Assembly: GCA_964234715.1 (NCBI GenBank)
Contig: OZ174276.1
Reading direction: 5' to 3' (one strand)
Origin: Podarcis melisellensis
Taxonomy: Eukaryota
Length of the DNA: 64,000 nt
Shown: positions 26,397 through 38,025 of the stretch, in pieces
Layout: every line of letters begins with the position of its first letter
Numbering within the stretch: position 1 is the first letter of the stretch
Program-made: the position numbers and the translations under genes
Notes under the pieces: model-generated
The model's database searches: none
Told to the model about the DNA's origin: nothing
What the model saw: the letters and a program-made list of their open reading frames with translations, nothing else

Positions 26397-27783
26397 ATGA
26401 TGGACGAGGTGTTGTTTTTCTCATTGGGAAATCTTTATCTAGAACATTTATACCATGCTTTATATCCATGAAACCTAAGGCAGTATACAGCAATTTCCCT
26501 TGAAATCTCCCATCCAGGCACTAACCAGATCCAAAGATGCTTAGCATCAGTATCATGGCTATATCATTTGCCCTCAGTCCACACCAGCAAATTCTTAATA
26601 GGCTTCCAAAGCACCTCACCATTGCAAGAACTTAGCTTGCAATTCACTGCTTTGGTTGACAGTACTTGATGGTTGGCGAAGAATGAGTACTTGTGTTTTA
26701 TAGTCACTGTGCATGTCACTTTTTATCTCATAGAATTGTATGGATTACATGAAATGGTAATGAATAGCTGACAGTTGGTTGCATATGAAATTTTGGATTG
26801 CCAAAACTGAAACACTCCAGAGTTCTTAATCATTTGGGTTTTGCATGATGAGTTACAAATGTCACATATTCAAAGGCATATGCAAAATATTTTACTTTGA
26901 AATATCTTTATTCAAAATTATACATGATCTAAGTGGAACAATTGCCAAATTTCTAATCTTTGTAAATATTCATTTCACCTTTACTCCATGTTCATTTACA
27001 GCTATTCTTTCTCCCTCTCCTTTAATGATGTTTGTACTAGTTTTATTTATCCACTACTTCCTTTTTTCAAAAAAAAAATAATGTTAAGGTCTCTCTTCTC
27101 ATTGGAGGGCATTCATCATTCTCCCACAGAATGAAAACACTTGCATAATCACATCCCTATTTTATTTTAATTTATTTAAGCTTATATGATAAAAACTCTT
27201 AACATTTTGTCTTGGATTAAGGCATGGGCCAATTTGAATTCTGACAAACGCAATGCAAGGGCTGCATCCAAGTCATACTTGAGCATAGAAGCCAACTCCT
27301 AGGGGACAATGTCCCTTCAGGGGGCCCAATAAATTATTTGATCAATTGTGTGGGGCAGGGCTTACCTACCCCACCCCTCAATATTTTACTCAAGTTAGCA
27401 CCCTTGTACTTGGGGTAGCCCTACTGCAATCAATTAACTCAGCTAACTTAAATGATTTCTACTCTGAGTGTGACTTAGGCTGCAACCATAACCCTACTTA
27501 ACTGGGGAGTAAGCCCCACTGAAGTCAGTGAGACTTACTGTAGGTTAGGACTGTCCCTCCTTTTGCAGCTATCCATCTAAGAAATTGCAGTGGATATGAG
27601 CTGCTCCTTACTGTTTGTCCTGATAAAGAGCTCGTTGCGCAAAAGCACCTGGGTTAATAAAATTCCTGTTCGATTTCTGGTTGCTTTTGTTTTGTGCTGC
27701 TGCTGCTGCCCTTTTAATGTGTGTGAAATACACGATCTTTGCTCTGTACTGTACAAGTAAATGCCCCTTCCCTATCTGAACAG

Positions 27784-27867
27784 GAGCCTGTTGGGCCATT
27801 GCCACCAAAGAAACCTCGTGGAAGGCCAAAAGGAAGCAAAAAGCAGAGTGCTGGGAGTGGACAGATG
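27784..27867 (+). CDS. HMGA2-like coding exon 2 ([28 protein letters not shown]; AT-hook 2)
   Basis: CAG acceptor and GTAAG donor, phase 0/0; matches HMGA2 [21 protein letters not shown]. Confidence 0.9.
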
Positions 27868-27959
27868 GTAAGAACTAGTGACAGAAAGAGCTTTCATGCT
27901 GATTGGCACTCAACCCATATCCCCCGAGAAGGGAGAGAAGGAAGGTGTCCATCTTTATT

Positions 27960-28600
27960 ATTATTATTTTCAAAATTTTATTGACATTATTAGCACCTCA
28001 TTATTAGCTGGGCATTGCAGCATACCATATAAAAAGCTGATAAGCAATAAATTGTAAGAAAAGGAAATAGTAACACACCAATATAAATCAAGAAATTGAT
28101 ACTTCCTGAGCGGACATAGATGGCGACTATCGAGCATAAGAAATAAAATTCCACCAGATGGCACAGAAATATTCTGGATCCTCCAACCTCCTGGAAACTC
28201 ACAATTTGTGTGTGATTCCCCCCCATAGCCAAATTCTATAGGTTCTTATACCACACAGCCAAATGCAGATTTTTCAAGGTTTTCCGTTGCTAAGCTATTA
28301 AAATTCCAGCTGCAGCTAACATCCAAGTCAGGAGCTCTTTAGAGCAACAAGCTCTCATGTTGTCCATCTATATATTCAATAATAACAGTTACTAGGAAGC
28401 CTGAACAGGTGATTTAATTATTTTAGTTATTTTTTGGTATGCTTGGGACCAGAATAATGAAACCCAAGGGCATTCCTGCCAAAGACTGAAGAATAACCTC
28501 ACCAGCAATGCTGCATTAATTGTGATGTAATATGTACCCATCTTTAAGCATTTGGCATCCTCTCATTCCTATAGCTTTAGAAATGATTAAATTCACATGC
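27960..28600 (-). mobile_element. Old L1 3' fragment
   Basis: T-rich tail on +; decayed ORF2 C-terminal-like sequence on -. Confidence 0.4.
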
Positions 28601-29625
28601 AAATTCCATGCAGCCTAGAAGCCTCCTTTAATTATCTACCACCTCTGCATAAATATATTTCACCAGCTGCAAACTCAACATCGTCTCCCTTGGGCAGCTG
28701 CTGTTGTCCAGTTGTTTTTCATAATTCTCCACTACTGTAATATAAATCACTGCCAGGTTCCTTTGAGCTGCCCCCTAGTGGATTAAATTGCATTAAAGAG
28801 CTCAGTTGCCATTGTGTAACAAATCCACTTTTTAAAAGAGGTGGTGGGTTTGCAGTTAGGAAAGTGACAGGGAAATGCACAGAAAAGTGTGGGATAGATG
28901 AATGATGAAGGGGAAGCCACATAATCACTGTGCAAGCAAACCAAGATGAATTCAGAATGAATGCTCAGGAAAGACCCGACATAGGCTAGCCTCTGCTAGG
29001 GACGACATGTCTCGTTTTGGTGCTTGAGGCAAAATGCACTGCACCACCTGCATCGACCTAAGCATCTTCAGCACCTTCCTATCTGTTGCCAATAGCTTAC
29101 TTAGAGAAGGACCCATAGCTCGTGGGTAGAGCATCTGCTTAGAGGGTTATAGATTCAATTTCCAGGGAAGGCGGGCAAAGACCCTGAAACAGGTGTGTAC
29201 CTAGGAGCTAGCCAGGTTGGCCCCACCAAGGGCGCAAGCACAGAGGGACACAAAAACCATACCTCTCCACTCTGGCTTGGAGTGACTAGGAGCTGGAACA
29301 CCTGCCTGTGCGCTCCCTGAGCTGCTCCTCTGTTGCTTTGGGCAGCCAACATTGCTTGCCAAGGCCACAAAGGGGAGGGGGCGATGATACAGCTCCTTGC
29401 CAAGATGTAAGGGAGCCTAGGGAGCCTCTGATTGGAAAATCTTGAGAGTTGCTGCCAGTCAGCATAGGCAATAATACTGAACTAGATAGACCATTGGTCT
29501 GACTCTATATATGGCAGCTTCCTCAATTTGTTTGTTCTGTCAGTGGTTTCCCAGTCATCTTCTTAATGCTCATGCTGTCACATATCACTGTTTATCTTTC
29601 AGTGTGGCCTCTTTCCAAAGAAATC

Positions 29626-29637
29626 TCACACACACAT

Positions 29638-29697
<60 letters not shown>
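29626..29697. repeat. (CA)n(GA)n compound microsatellite
   Basis: Direct reading. Confidence 0.95.
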
Positions 29698-29698
<1 letters not shown>

Positions 29699-29799
29699 CA
29701 CTGCACTTTGAGGGGGAAATGTAGAGTTTCTCATTCCTTTGCTTCAGTGACCACCTGTTGACTAATCAGAAGGTTCTTTTTGTTTCTCCATTATTGCAG

Positions 29800-29847
29800 G
29801 TACACACCTCGGTTGAAAAAAGGCCCAGGGGTCGACCACGGAAATGG
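29800..29847 (+). CDS. HMGA2-like coding exon 3 (VHTSVEKRPRGRPRKW; AT-hook 3)
   Basis: Polypyrimidine tract + CAG acceptor and TGG|GTAAGT donor; matches HMGA2 ..GEKRPRGRPRKW| including the terminal Trp. Confidence 0.92.
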
Positions 29848-30205
29848 GTAAGTTAAATGGAATAAAAAATGCCTTTTTAAAAAAAAAAAAAGTGGCACCT
29901 GATGTTCCTAAAGACTGATCACAGAAGCCTGGGATCAAGTTACATCTGGGGAGTGACCAAACTCTGGGGAGAGGACGAACTAGCACATCCATTCAAACAG
30001 CATATTTGGGTCATTTGAAATTGCTCCTCATCAATAATGCCATGAAATGTGCGAGATCAGCTCGCATGATTGAGAACAAACTTTAGTATCAACCAGCGAA
30101 AAGAATGAGCCTGAAATCTTGAGGCAAGCCACTGTGCTACTGATGGATGGACCAGGAGCCAGTCTATTCCAATAGCCTAATGGAAAATGTTGCCCTCCAG
30201 ATGTT

Positions 30206-30331
30206 CATAGAATTGTAGAGTTGGAAGGCGCCCCAGGGGTCATCTAGTCCAATCCCCTGCAAGGCAAGAATCTCAACTAAAGCATCCATGACAGATGGCC
30301 ATACGACCTCTGCTTGAAAACCTCCAAGGAA
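30206..30331 (-). mobile_element. CR1-type LINE 3' end running into an assembly gap; a similar piece lies at ~33750-33900
   Basis: catagaattgtagagttggaagg..tcatctagtccaatcccctgc is a typical CR1 3' terminus. Confidence 0.65.
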
Positions 30332-30476
30332 NNNNNNNNNNNNNNNNNNNNNNNNNNNNNNNNNNNNNNNNNNNNNNNNNNNNNNNNNNNNNNNNNNNNN
30401 NNNNNNNNNNNNNNNNNNNNNNNNNNNNNNNNNNNNNNNNNNNNNNNNNNNNNNNNNNNNNNNNNNNNNNNNNNNN
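30332..30476. other. Assembly gap (145 N)
   Basis: Run of N. Confidence 1.
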
Positions 30477-30695
30477 CGCCTTTCACTCCCCTTCAGGAGT
30501 CTCAAAGCGGCTAACATTCTCCTTTCCCTTCCTCCCCCACAACAAACACTCTGTGAGGTGAGTGGGGCTGAGAGACTTCAGAGAAGTGTGACTGGCCCAA
30601 GGTCACCCAGCAGCTGCCTGTGGAGGAGCAGGGAAGCGAACCCGGTTCCCCAGATTACGAGACTACCGCTCTTAACCACTACACCACACTGGCTC
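30477..30695 (-). mobile_element. tRNA-derived squamate SINE (Squam3/MIR-like)
   Basis: Reverse strand begins AGCCAGTGTGGTGTAGTGGTTAAGAG (A box), then GGTTCGCTTCCC (B box) and a CORE-like GGGTGACCTTGGGCCAGTCAC. Confidence 0.7.
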
Positions 30696-31975
30696 TGGTT
30701 CACAAAGACACAAAGGCACAGGTTCCCCAGTGTTGATCTACATGCGGTTTAAATTCCATTTTTTACCATCACCCCTTAGCAACCAAGAAAACAGCTGCAG
30801 TCCTAAACACACTTATTTGGGAGTAGGCTCCACTGAACATAGTAGGACTTGCTTCCAAGTAAATATGAACAGGCTTGCCCTAAGATTCTTCATCAGTTAG
30901 TGCCCTAATTGCATTAGTCCTTTTACTTTGGGCTCTGTGACAATTGATCTATGCTCCTATATGGAGATGGAAGCTGTTTTTCAACAACGGAACCTAGTAA
31001 TCTATTTAAAATTGTATCACCACCACCACCACCCATTTCTAGTATTTCAGTAAATTGGTTAGCTCCTATCACCTGTGCATAGAGATCTCTTATTCCGGAA
31101 TGGTCAAGGCAACTTGCAGTTTTAAAAATTGTAAATAATACCCCATACTAAAAATACAGGAGGCTGTTTGCTAAGTATTCAGAACCGTCACAGTGACTAG
31201 CAGCAAGACACCTGCTGACATAGGCTGGCCTGTGGTTAAACTGCCAGCAACACAGAGAGGGGGAAAGGCTCCGTCATGACTCACACAACATAGCTTTGCA
31301 ACTGTATATCTGATACACTGCTGGAGACAATGTGGAATCTGAAGCAGAAGGAGAGGTTTGTTACCATAATACCTAAGCCTAGGTCATGTCCACACCATGC
31401 ATTTAAAGCACAGCATAGGAGGGGTTGGAAGGACAGGTAAGCAAAGGGATGCAGAACAGGAGTGCCAACTTGGCCCCGAAGTGTGGGTGCCCGGGGCCAT
31501 GGGTGCCATACAATGTGCATGGCCCTGGCAGCAAAATTTGTGGGTGCCCAGCCCATTCATGGGGAATTTTGTGGGTGCCCAGGGCCTCAGGGAGTTGGCA
31601 CCTATGGTGCAGAAAGTGGTGTTTTGGCGAGGTGGGTAGGTGGGTTTGGTGAGCAAAGAGCTTAGTGGGGAGGAATGAGGGTTTGGCAATGTGTAGAGAT
31701 GGTTGGCAAGCAAAGCAAGCAGGGTCACAGCCCCTATCAGTGTCACAGGGCCATCAGAAGAGCCCCTAGTGGATCAGACCAAAGGCCCACCTCATCCAGC
31801 CTCTTGGGGCTGCTATGGGAAGCCAGAAGCAGAACCTGGGTGCAACAGCCCTCTCTCCATGTGTCATTCTCAGCAACTGTTACTAAGCGGCATAATAGGG
31901 GCAGAAAGAGCCATAATGGCTAGTAACTGTCAATAGCCTTATCATTCATGTCAGATGCTTACATTTCTCTTGCAG

Positions 31976-32063
31976 CTTGTCGTCCAGGAGGAAGAATTTC
32001 AGAAACCTAGCATTCAAGGGAGAAGCAACCCAAGTTCTAATACATCGTGCCCTGCCACAGAAG
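31976..32063 (+). CDS. HMGA2-like probable coding exon 4 (LVVQEEEFQKPSIQGRSNPSSNTSCPATE)
   Basis: Acceptor catttctcttgcag; VVQ matches HMGA2 exon 4 PQQVVQKK; AAG|GTTTGT donor (phase 1). Confidence 0.55.
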
Positions 32064-33620
32064 GTTTGTGGAATTCAAGTGGGGCTTCTGCAGATAACAT
32101 GAGAATCAGCCCTCACATAAACGGGGGTGGAGGCACCATAGTGCATTGAAGGAAGCCGCTCATCATTTTTTGTTGTTGTTGTTAAGGCTTGAAGTTAAAA
32201 GGGAGAGACAGAAGAGGTGTCGCCCTGCTGCCTGTTAGGTTGTTTAATCATGTGATGTATGAAGTAAGCTGGTGACTGACAAGCACTGCCTTGATTTCTA
32301 AGAAAGTTGATGTAGATGCCGCCTGATAAATGCCAGGGTGTTTAACCTCACTTGTTTGAGTCCATTTCCTCTCCGACTTATGCTGCCGTATCATTTCCCG
32401 CCTCTAAGGCGCATGGTGATGTCAGCTACAGCCACAGACTCCTTTGTGATGGCCTCACTTCCTGCCCAGTTCTGTGTCAGGTTTGCATGGTAGGCAGCTC
32501 CTTTGTGCCACTTAAAACCACGGCTGCTGCGGGTTGCGCTTTCCCCTTCTGCTTAGGATAGCAGCATTTATGCGGCACCTCCTGTCCTGTGCCATTTGAG
32601 AAAACATAGATGCAAAAGGGTGAAGCAACAGAGTGAGTATTGGGAAAAGATGACCCGTGCCAGATGGGCCCATTTATTGAGCAATTGCCCTGATTGTTTT
32701 GCACAGGGTTTATACAGTGTCACCATCAAGTGGCATCTGCCAGTGCTTTTCCTATTAGTACTTTTCTTACCACAGACAAATCCTGTGGGCGGGGTGGGGG
32801 TAGAGGGTTGAAAACAGGTTTGTTGTGCAAGAGCACCTCAGTGCTGTTGCTTGCTTGCAATGCACCTGCTTTCTTGGGGGGTTAGGAAGGTGCACTTTAT
32901 AATGGACATATCACTAGCATCTTCCCAGATGGGTGAGAGATGTATGCCAAAAGGCTGATAGTCTGTAAGCGAGATATATAACCCAACCGATCCAGCACAG
33001 ATCTGTTTTTAACCAGGTGGTCAAGGCCAACTCAAGGGGTACCACCCAATGAGGCCCTTCCAACACTCTCACACACCCCTATTGCAGGCACTGCAGCTTC
33101 CTGGCTGGCAACCAACACCTTCCTGTCATTGAACATGGATGGGTCAGAGGGCCAAGTACCAGCCAAGTAGCTTCAGGGCATTTGGACCAAAGCAGTTGCC
33201 TGACAATGCTGTGTGTTGCCTTGGGCTGTAGCTGTAATCCCGTGCTCATTTCCCCACTGAAATAAATGGAGCTTAGCCAGCCAAACTGTGCAGGTGTTGC
33301 AGCCTATGCAGTGAGGTCAGAAAGAGTGGAAAGGTTTCCCTGGAAGGTGACCTTTAGTCCCTTTGCCGATTTCCCCCTACTACATTGTGCTGGGAGACAC
33401 ATTTGGTTCAAGTGCGGCAATGCCCCACAGCCCTATTGGCAATATTCCATCAGAACTGGCTGTGCTCCCAATAGCATGCACCGCTGCTCCAGAAACTTCT
33501 GTCATTCACAGGAGTTCCTCCTTAGCAGACATTTCAATGATGAAAGAGTTGCCTGAAGGAGGAAAGTTTTAGGGGGAAAGCTATTGTTTTAATGTACTCT
33601 TTGTCTCATGCTTTCTTTAG

Positions 33621-33721
33621 GCACATCTGGAAAAGGATGTCACAGGATCAACAGAAGTACAGAACCCAGTAGATCGTTGGACACCTCTCCAGCTGTGGTT
33701 CAGCAGCAGACGGCTTGTTGA
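33621..33721 (+). CDS. HMGA2-like candidate terminal coding exon (GTSGKGCHR...QQQTAC*)
   Basis: Acceptor ctttctttag, phase-1 compatible, stop TGA 33719-33721, AATAAA at 34215 and 34233; no homology support. Confidence 0.4.
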
Positions 33722-36419
33722 TGTGTCTCTAAAGTAAAATATATTACCATCATAGAGTTGGAAGGGGACTCATTGTTTGATGCTGGAAATCCAGAACTAG
33801 ACCATCCCCAACAGATGGCCTCTGTTTGAAGACTTCCAGTGATGGAGAGCCCATCACCCCTCCAGGGAATTGGTTTATATTGTCAAACTGCTCTTGCCAT
33901 CAATAAGTGTCCCCTGGTTGGCCACCATGGGACCTTCCAACTCTTTGTTTTAATATATTAAATTCCTTCTCTGCCCCAACTGTGTCAAGTGAATCCCAAT
34001 GCTTGTTCTTCCCCCATGCTGTTGATATCAATTTTTGCCCAGTCCAACGGCCATCTCTCACAAGATTCAGACATTTACTTTTAAAATGGTACATTTGGGC
34101 TGAAGGAGGTTGATTAGAGCTCATCAGGATTTGCCTGGAATGAAAGTATCATTGTGCTCTTTAAAAACCGTTTTGTGCTGTGTCGGGATGAATGCTCACA
34201 CTCCCAGAGTGTTTAATAAATTTAATAAGTTTAATAAATGAGAAAAAATTGAATGGCAAATAACAGCAGGCTCCTACGGTCATTCACTCAGAAGTCCATT
34301 GGGGTTTGATTCCTAGGAACATAAACTTAAATCTGTAGGCCTGAGTTGAGTAGAGAATCACTTCTTAGAGGCTTGATGGTTTATTATAGAATTTTGGGTT
34401 TTGCCCATGGGAAATGCTGACTCGCCACCTTTCCCCATCTACTAAACACCTGCTCCATCAGCCTCGGCTTTCCTCTTCTTGCCTAGCTAATAGAGATGTT
34501 CAGAGAAAGAAGAGGGAGGCCACCCGCCGCCACCTGGAAGTAGCCTTGGGAAAACTACAAATCCCAAGGACCACCACAGCTTTCCTACTGGTACTCAACA
34601 TAGTAATACAGCAAGGGGCAGTGGGGACAAACCTCTGTCCTTCTTAGATCCCACCATTGTTCCTCCCACCACTCGCACTGGCCAGGTTCAGTAAATAAAG
34701 AAGGAGCTAAGTGTTATGGAGAACTGGTGAGTGATGGGAAGGATGATTTGGAGGCTGGGATGATTGGCAGGGGAGTTGGAGGGAAGCCAGGATTTTAATC
34801 CAAGCTTCTCTGAGTCTAGTTCAGACAGATTTCATCCATCTCCATTTACTTCCAACAGTTATTAAGCTACTGGTGTTGGAGCAAGGTTAATATCACAGTA
34901 GCCACAAGGAAAAAGTTGTTTGTGTTATTCCAGAGAAATGATTGTCAATGCAAGGCCTTACATAGTTTATGTCTGCATGTGGAGGGAAGCAAGAGGTAAA
35001 CATGCCCCTTTTCAAAGAAGATCAAGAAAAAAAGTAACCCAGGAGTTGCCCTTGGGTTTGGGTTCTTCTCATCCCTTTGGTCCAATAAAGGGCTGTTGTT
35101 CACCTTTTCGGCATAAATGGCTTGGACTGCAAAGATTGCCATGCAAGTCTAGTGTACCTGCTGCTTCTCAAGGAAATCTTTGTTTACTGGAAACAGTTGC
35201 AATCTTTCTGTGAGCAAATGTAGCTTTGGGATAGTGCATCATGCTGTAAGAAGACTCTTCCTCAAGAAATGGATTAGTCCTTGATCTGTAAGAACAGGTC
35301 ATTTTTGCATATTTATCACACTGTAAGGGGATTCGAAAAAGTGACTTGGGGTGCCTAGGTCCTACAGCACCAGCGCAGCTCTCAGGAGAGAGCTAATGTG
35401 TTGTTTTCTGTGCTGCAGCGCCATCTAGAGAGAGGCACTGCAATTCTTCAGCCCAACTGAACCAGCTAGGTGATCTGGGTCACTAAATTATAGCCTTCCA
35501 GATGTTGGACTCCAACTCCCATCAGCCCCAGTCAGCAAGGGCAATTATCAGGGATGGTGGAAATGTAGTCCAACAATATGCAGAAGGCAACAGATTTCCC
35601 CACCCTTTGGTTAAAGAAACAGAAATCCAAATACATAGCTTTTTGTTTATTGTACAGTTTTATAGCAGGGTTGGAGAAGCTGTTGCTCTTCAGATGTTGT
35701 GGACTCACATCATCCCCAGCCAGCATGGCCCTAACACACTGCTGTTTGTAAAATCCTGAATGCCTTATCCTCATTGATGTGCCGCATTTTCAGATGGGCA
35801 TAGACCTCAAAGATCCCTGGACTTTCTTATGAAGATAAGGTCTTTGAAATGCAGCAGGCCAGAAACAGCTGAGAAAATTGGGTTTATGTTTATTCAGAAG
35901 ATCACTGCTTGAGATGATGCAGAAGAAAAGCTAGGATCTGTTTCATCTGAGGTCTAAAAAATTATGGGGAGCTTCTGACAGCTGATACTGATCTACTGAT
36001 AGAGCAAAAAAGAGGGGGAAGATTATGCCTTTAGAGGTGGGAAGTGGGGCGGGGTCTTTGATTTCTTCATTAATAAGCCTGTATCTCCAACACCACCTTT
36101 TGGTTCCTAATTCTCTTGGACTTTGTGCTTTCGTACAAGATGTGATAAGCACAGTGGGAGTGTGGGACATTTGCACATCATAAAGTAGCTGAGCTTTGAC
36201 TATTTGAATTGGCAACGTATGATGAAGATGGGATGCAAAAGACAGAAATGACTATGGCAGCACAGAGTCAATGGTTCCTGTGAAATATGTAGAGGTGACT
36301 TGCAGCCTTACAATTTTTGATGTACACCTTAAAATGTAAAAACATGACTGTGGCAAACAGTATCAAAGAGGGATACGTGGCAGGGATCCGGGATTGGCTG
36401 AGGCTTCCTGTTGAGTGTT

Positions 36420-36830
36420 ATTTGTTTGTTTTAAATTATGTATATAGACTGCCTTCTCCAAGCTTGCATTCTTAAGAACTCAGAATAAACATTTCTACAG
36501 ACTCTCTCCCAAAGCAATACAAGAACACTCAGGCCAAAATCCAAAACATATTTTCTGTAAGTCTGGGAGTTCAAATAAAAAATACCAGCCCCCAAAATGC
36601 ATTGATTATGAATAGGCCATATAAAACAGGCAGGACTCCAAGGCCTTCCAAAATGTCTGAAGTAAGGTAGCCTTCTGGAGAGCAGCTGGTCAGGCGTTCC
36701 AGAGCCATGGAGCCACCACAGAAATACTCTCTTTCTTGTGTTTCCCCAAACCTTGCTGATCTAAGTAGTGGGGCAGGTTAGGAGATCTGCTGGTGTAGAC
36801 CTTATAGCCAGCACTTTGAATTTGACTAAA
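36420..36830 (-). mobile_element. Old L2-type LINE fragment
   Basis: Minus strand encodes ..SVVAPWLWNA, a typical L2 ORF2 C-terminal motif (FSVVAPxLWNxL). Confidence 0.55.
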
Positions 36831-37974
36831 AACATGCTTGCAACTAGTGCACCTCAAAATTTCCTCCAGATGGTTGTGGGGCCACCTTCCACCCCATCCT
36901 GGTGGGTCCCAAATAGAGCAAGAATTATCTCCCCTCCTATTAGCATACATCTCTGCTGAATCAAAAGTCCTCCCATAAGCGCAAGGACACCAACTGTTTT
37001 TCACCCTATGAGTTTACTACCGAAAGCTGTCACATACCAGACAAAACATGGACAGCCATTTACCAAGTAATACTCTTCGGGATCAGCAAGCAGAGCAAGT
37101 AAAACACACGCTTGATTTCACATAAATATTTTAATAACGTCTCAAATACAGGAACATATTGCAATGGTTATCCTACATTACGCAGAGACTTCCAAGTACC
37201 ATGTAAGAAAGGGCTATTGCATTCGAAGAATACGACGGTACACAAGCCTAACAAATACCTGCACTGCCCTTTCAGTGAAGCCATCAGCACTACATTACTG
37301 AAAGCCTTCCAGATGCAGGGCAGAAAGGAACTGGTAATAATATCCCATTTCCTTTCCAGAACCATTCATACTATTTATAGCATGCCCTTCAGAAACAGCC
37401 TATGATCAAAGTGCACGTTTCTACCAAATATGCAGTAAGTTAATCACTCAGCCTCTATGTTTTCAAGTGCCTGAGAATTGCAAGGATTTCAGTTAATGGC
37501 ACTTCATGGAGCATATTGTTGCCTTTGGAAACAAATTTCATTTTCCAGTCATTTTTTATTTTATTATTTTTTTTGCTTCGGTGATGAGAATGCGAAAGAG
37601 CCAATGCTGTCAGTGAGAAAAAGAAACCCAGTACTGGAAAGAATAGAGCAGCCTTTGCCAACCAGGTGCCCTCCAAATGTTTTGGGGATATACTGGCCTG
37701 GGTAGATGGGCATTGTAGTCCAAAACCTATGGTTGGCAAAGGGTGGCGCATGACTTCTGAGTAGCAGCTGATGCCTGCTAAAGAACCACCTGATAATTCA
37801 GTGTTGGAGGCCTTACTGCCAACCTCCAATGCCTCAATATACTTAATCATCTACAGCCTTATTGAATGCCATTAATGCCAGCCAGGGTTGCTGTCTTATA
37901 CATCTGGGTTGCAATGGAAATTGAAGTCACAGTGAAAGCTATCTGTGAATTGTAGATTCAGCTGAGCCCTTGGA

Positions 37975-37976
<2 letters not shown>

Positions 37977-38023
<47 letters not shown>

Positions 38024-38025
38024 TC
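37977..38025. repeat. (CTTT)n microsatellite
   Basis: Direct reading. Confidence 0.95.

Noticed and set aside
30164-30561. ORFs containing X runs
   Set aside because: Artefacts of the N gap.
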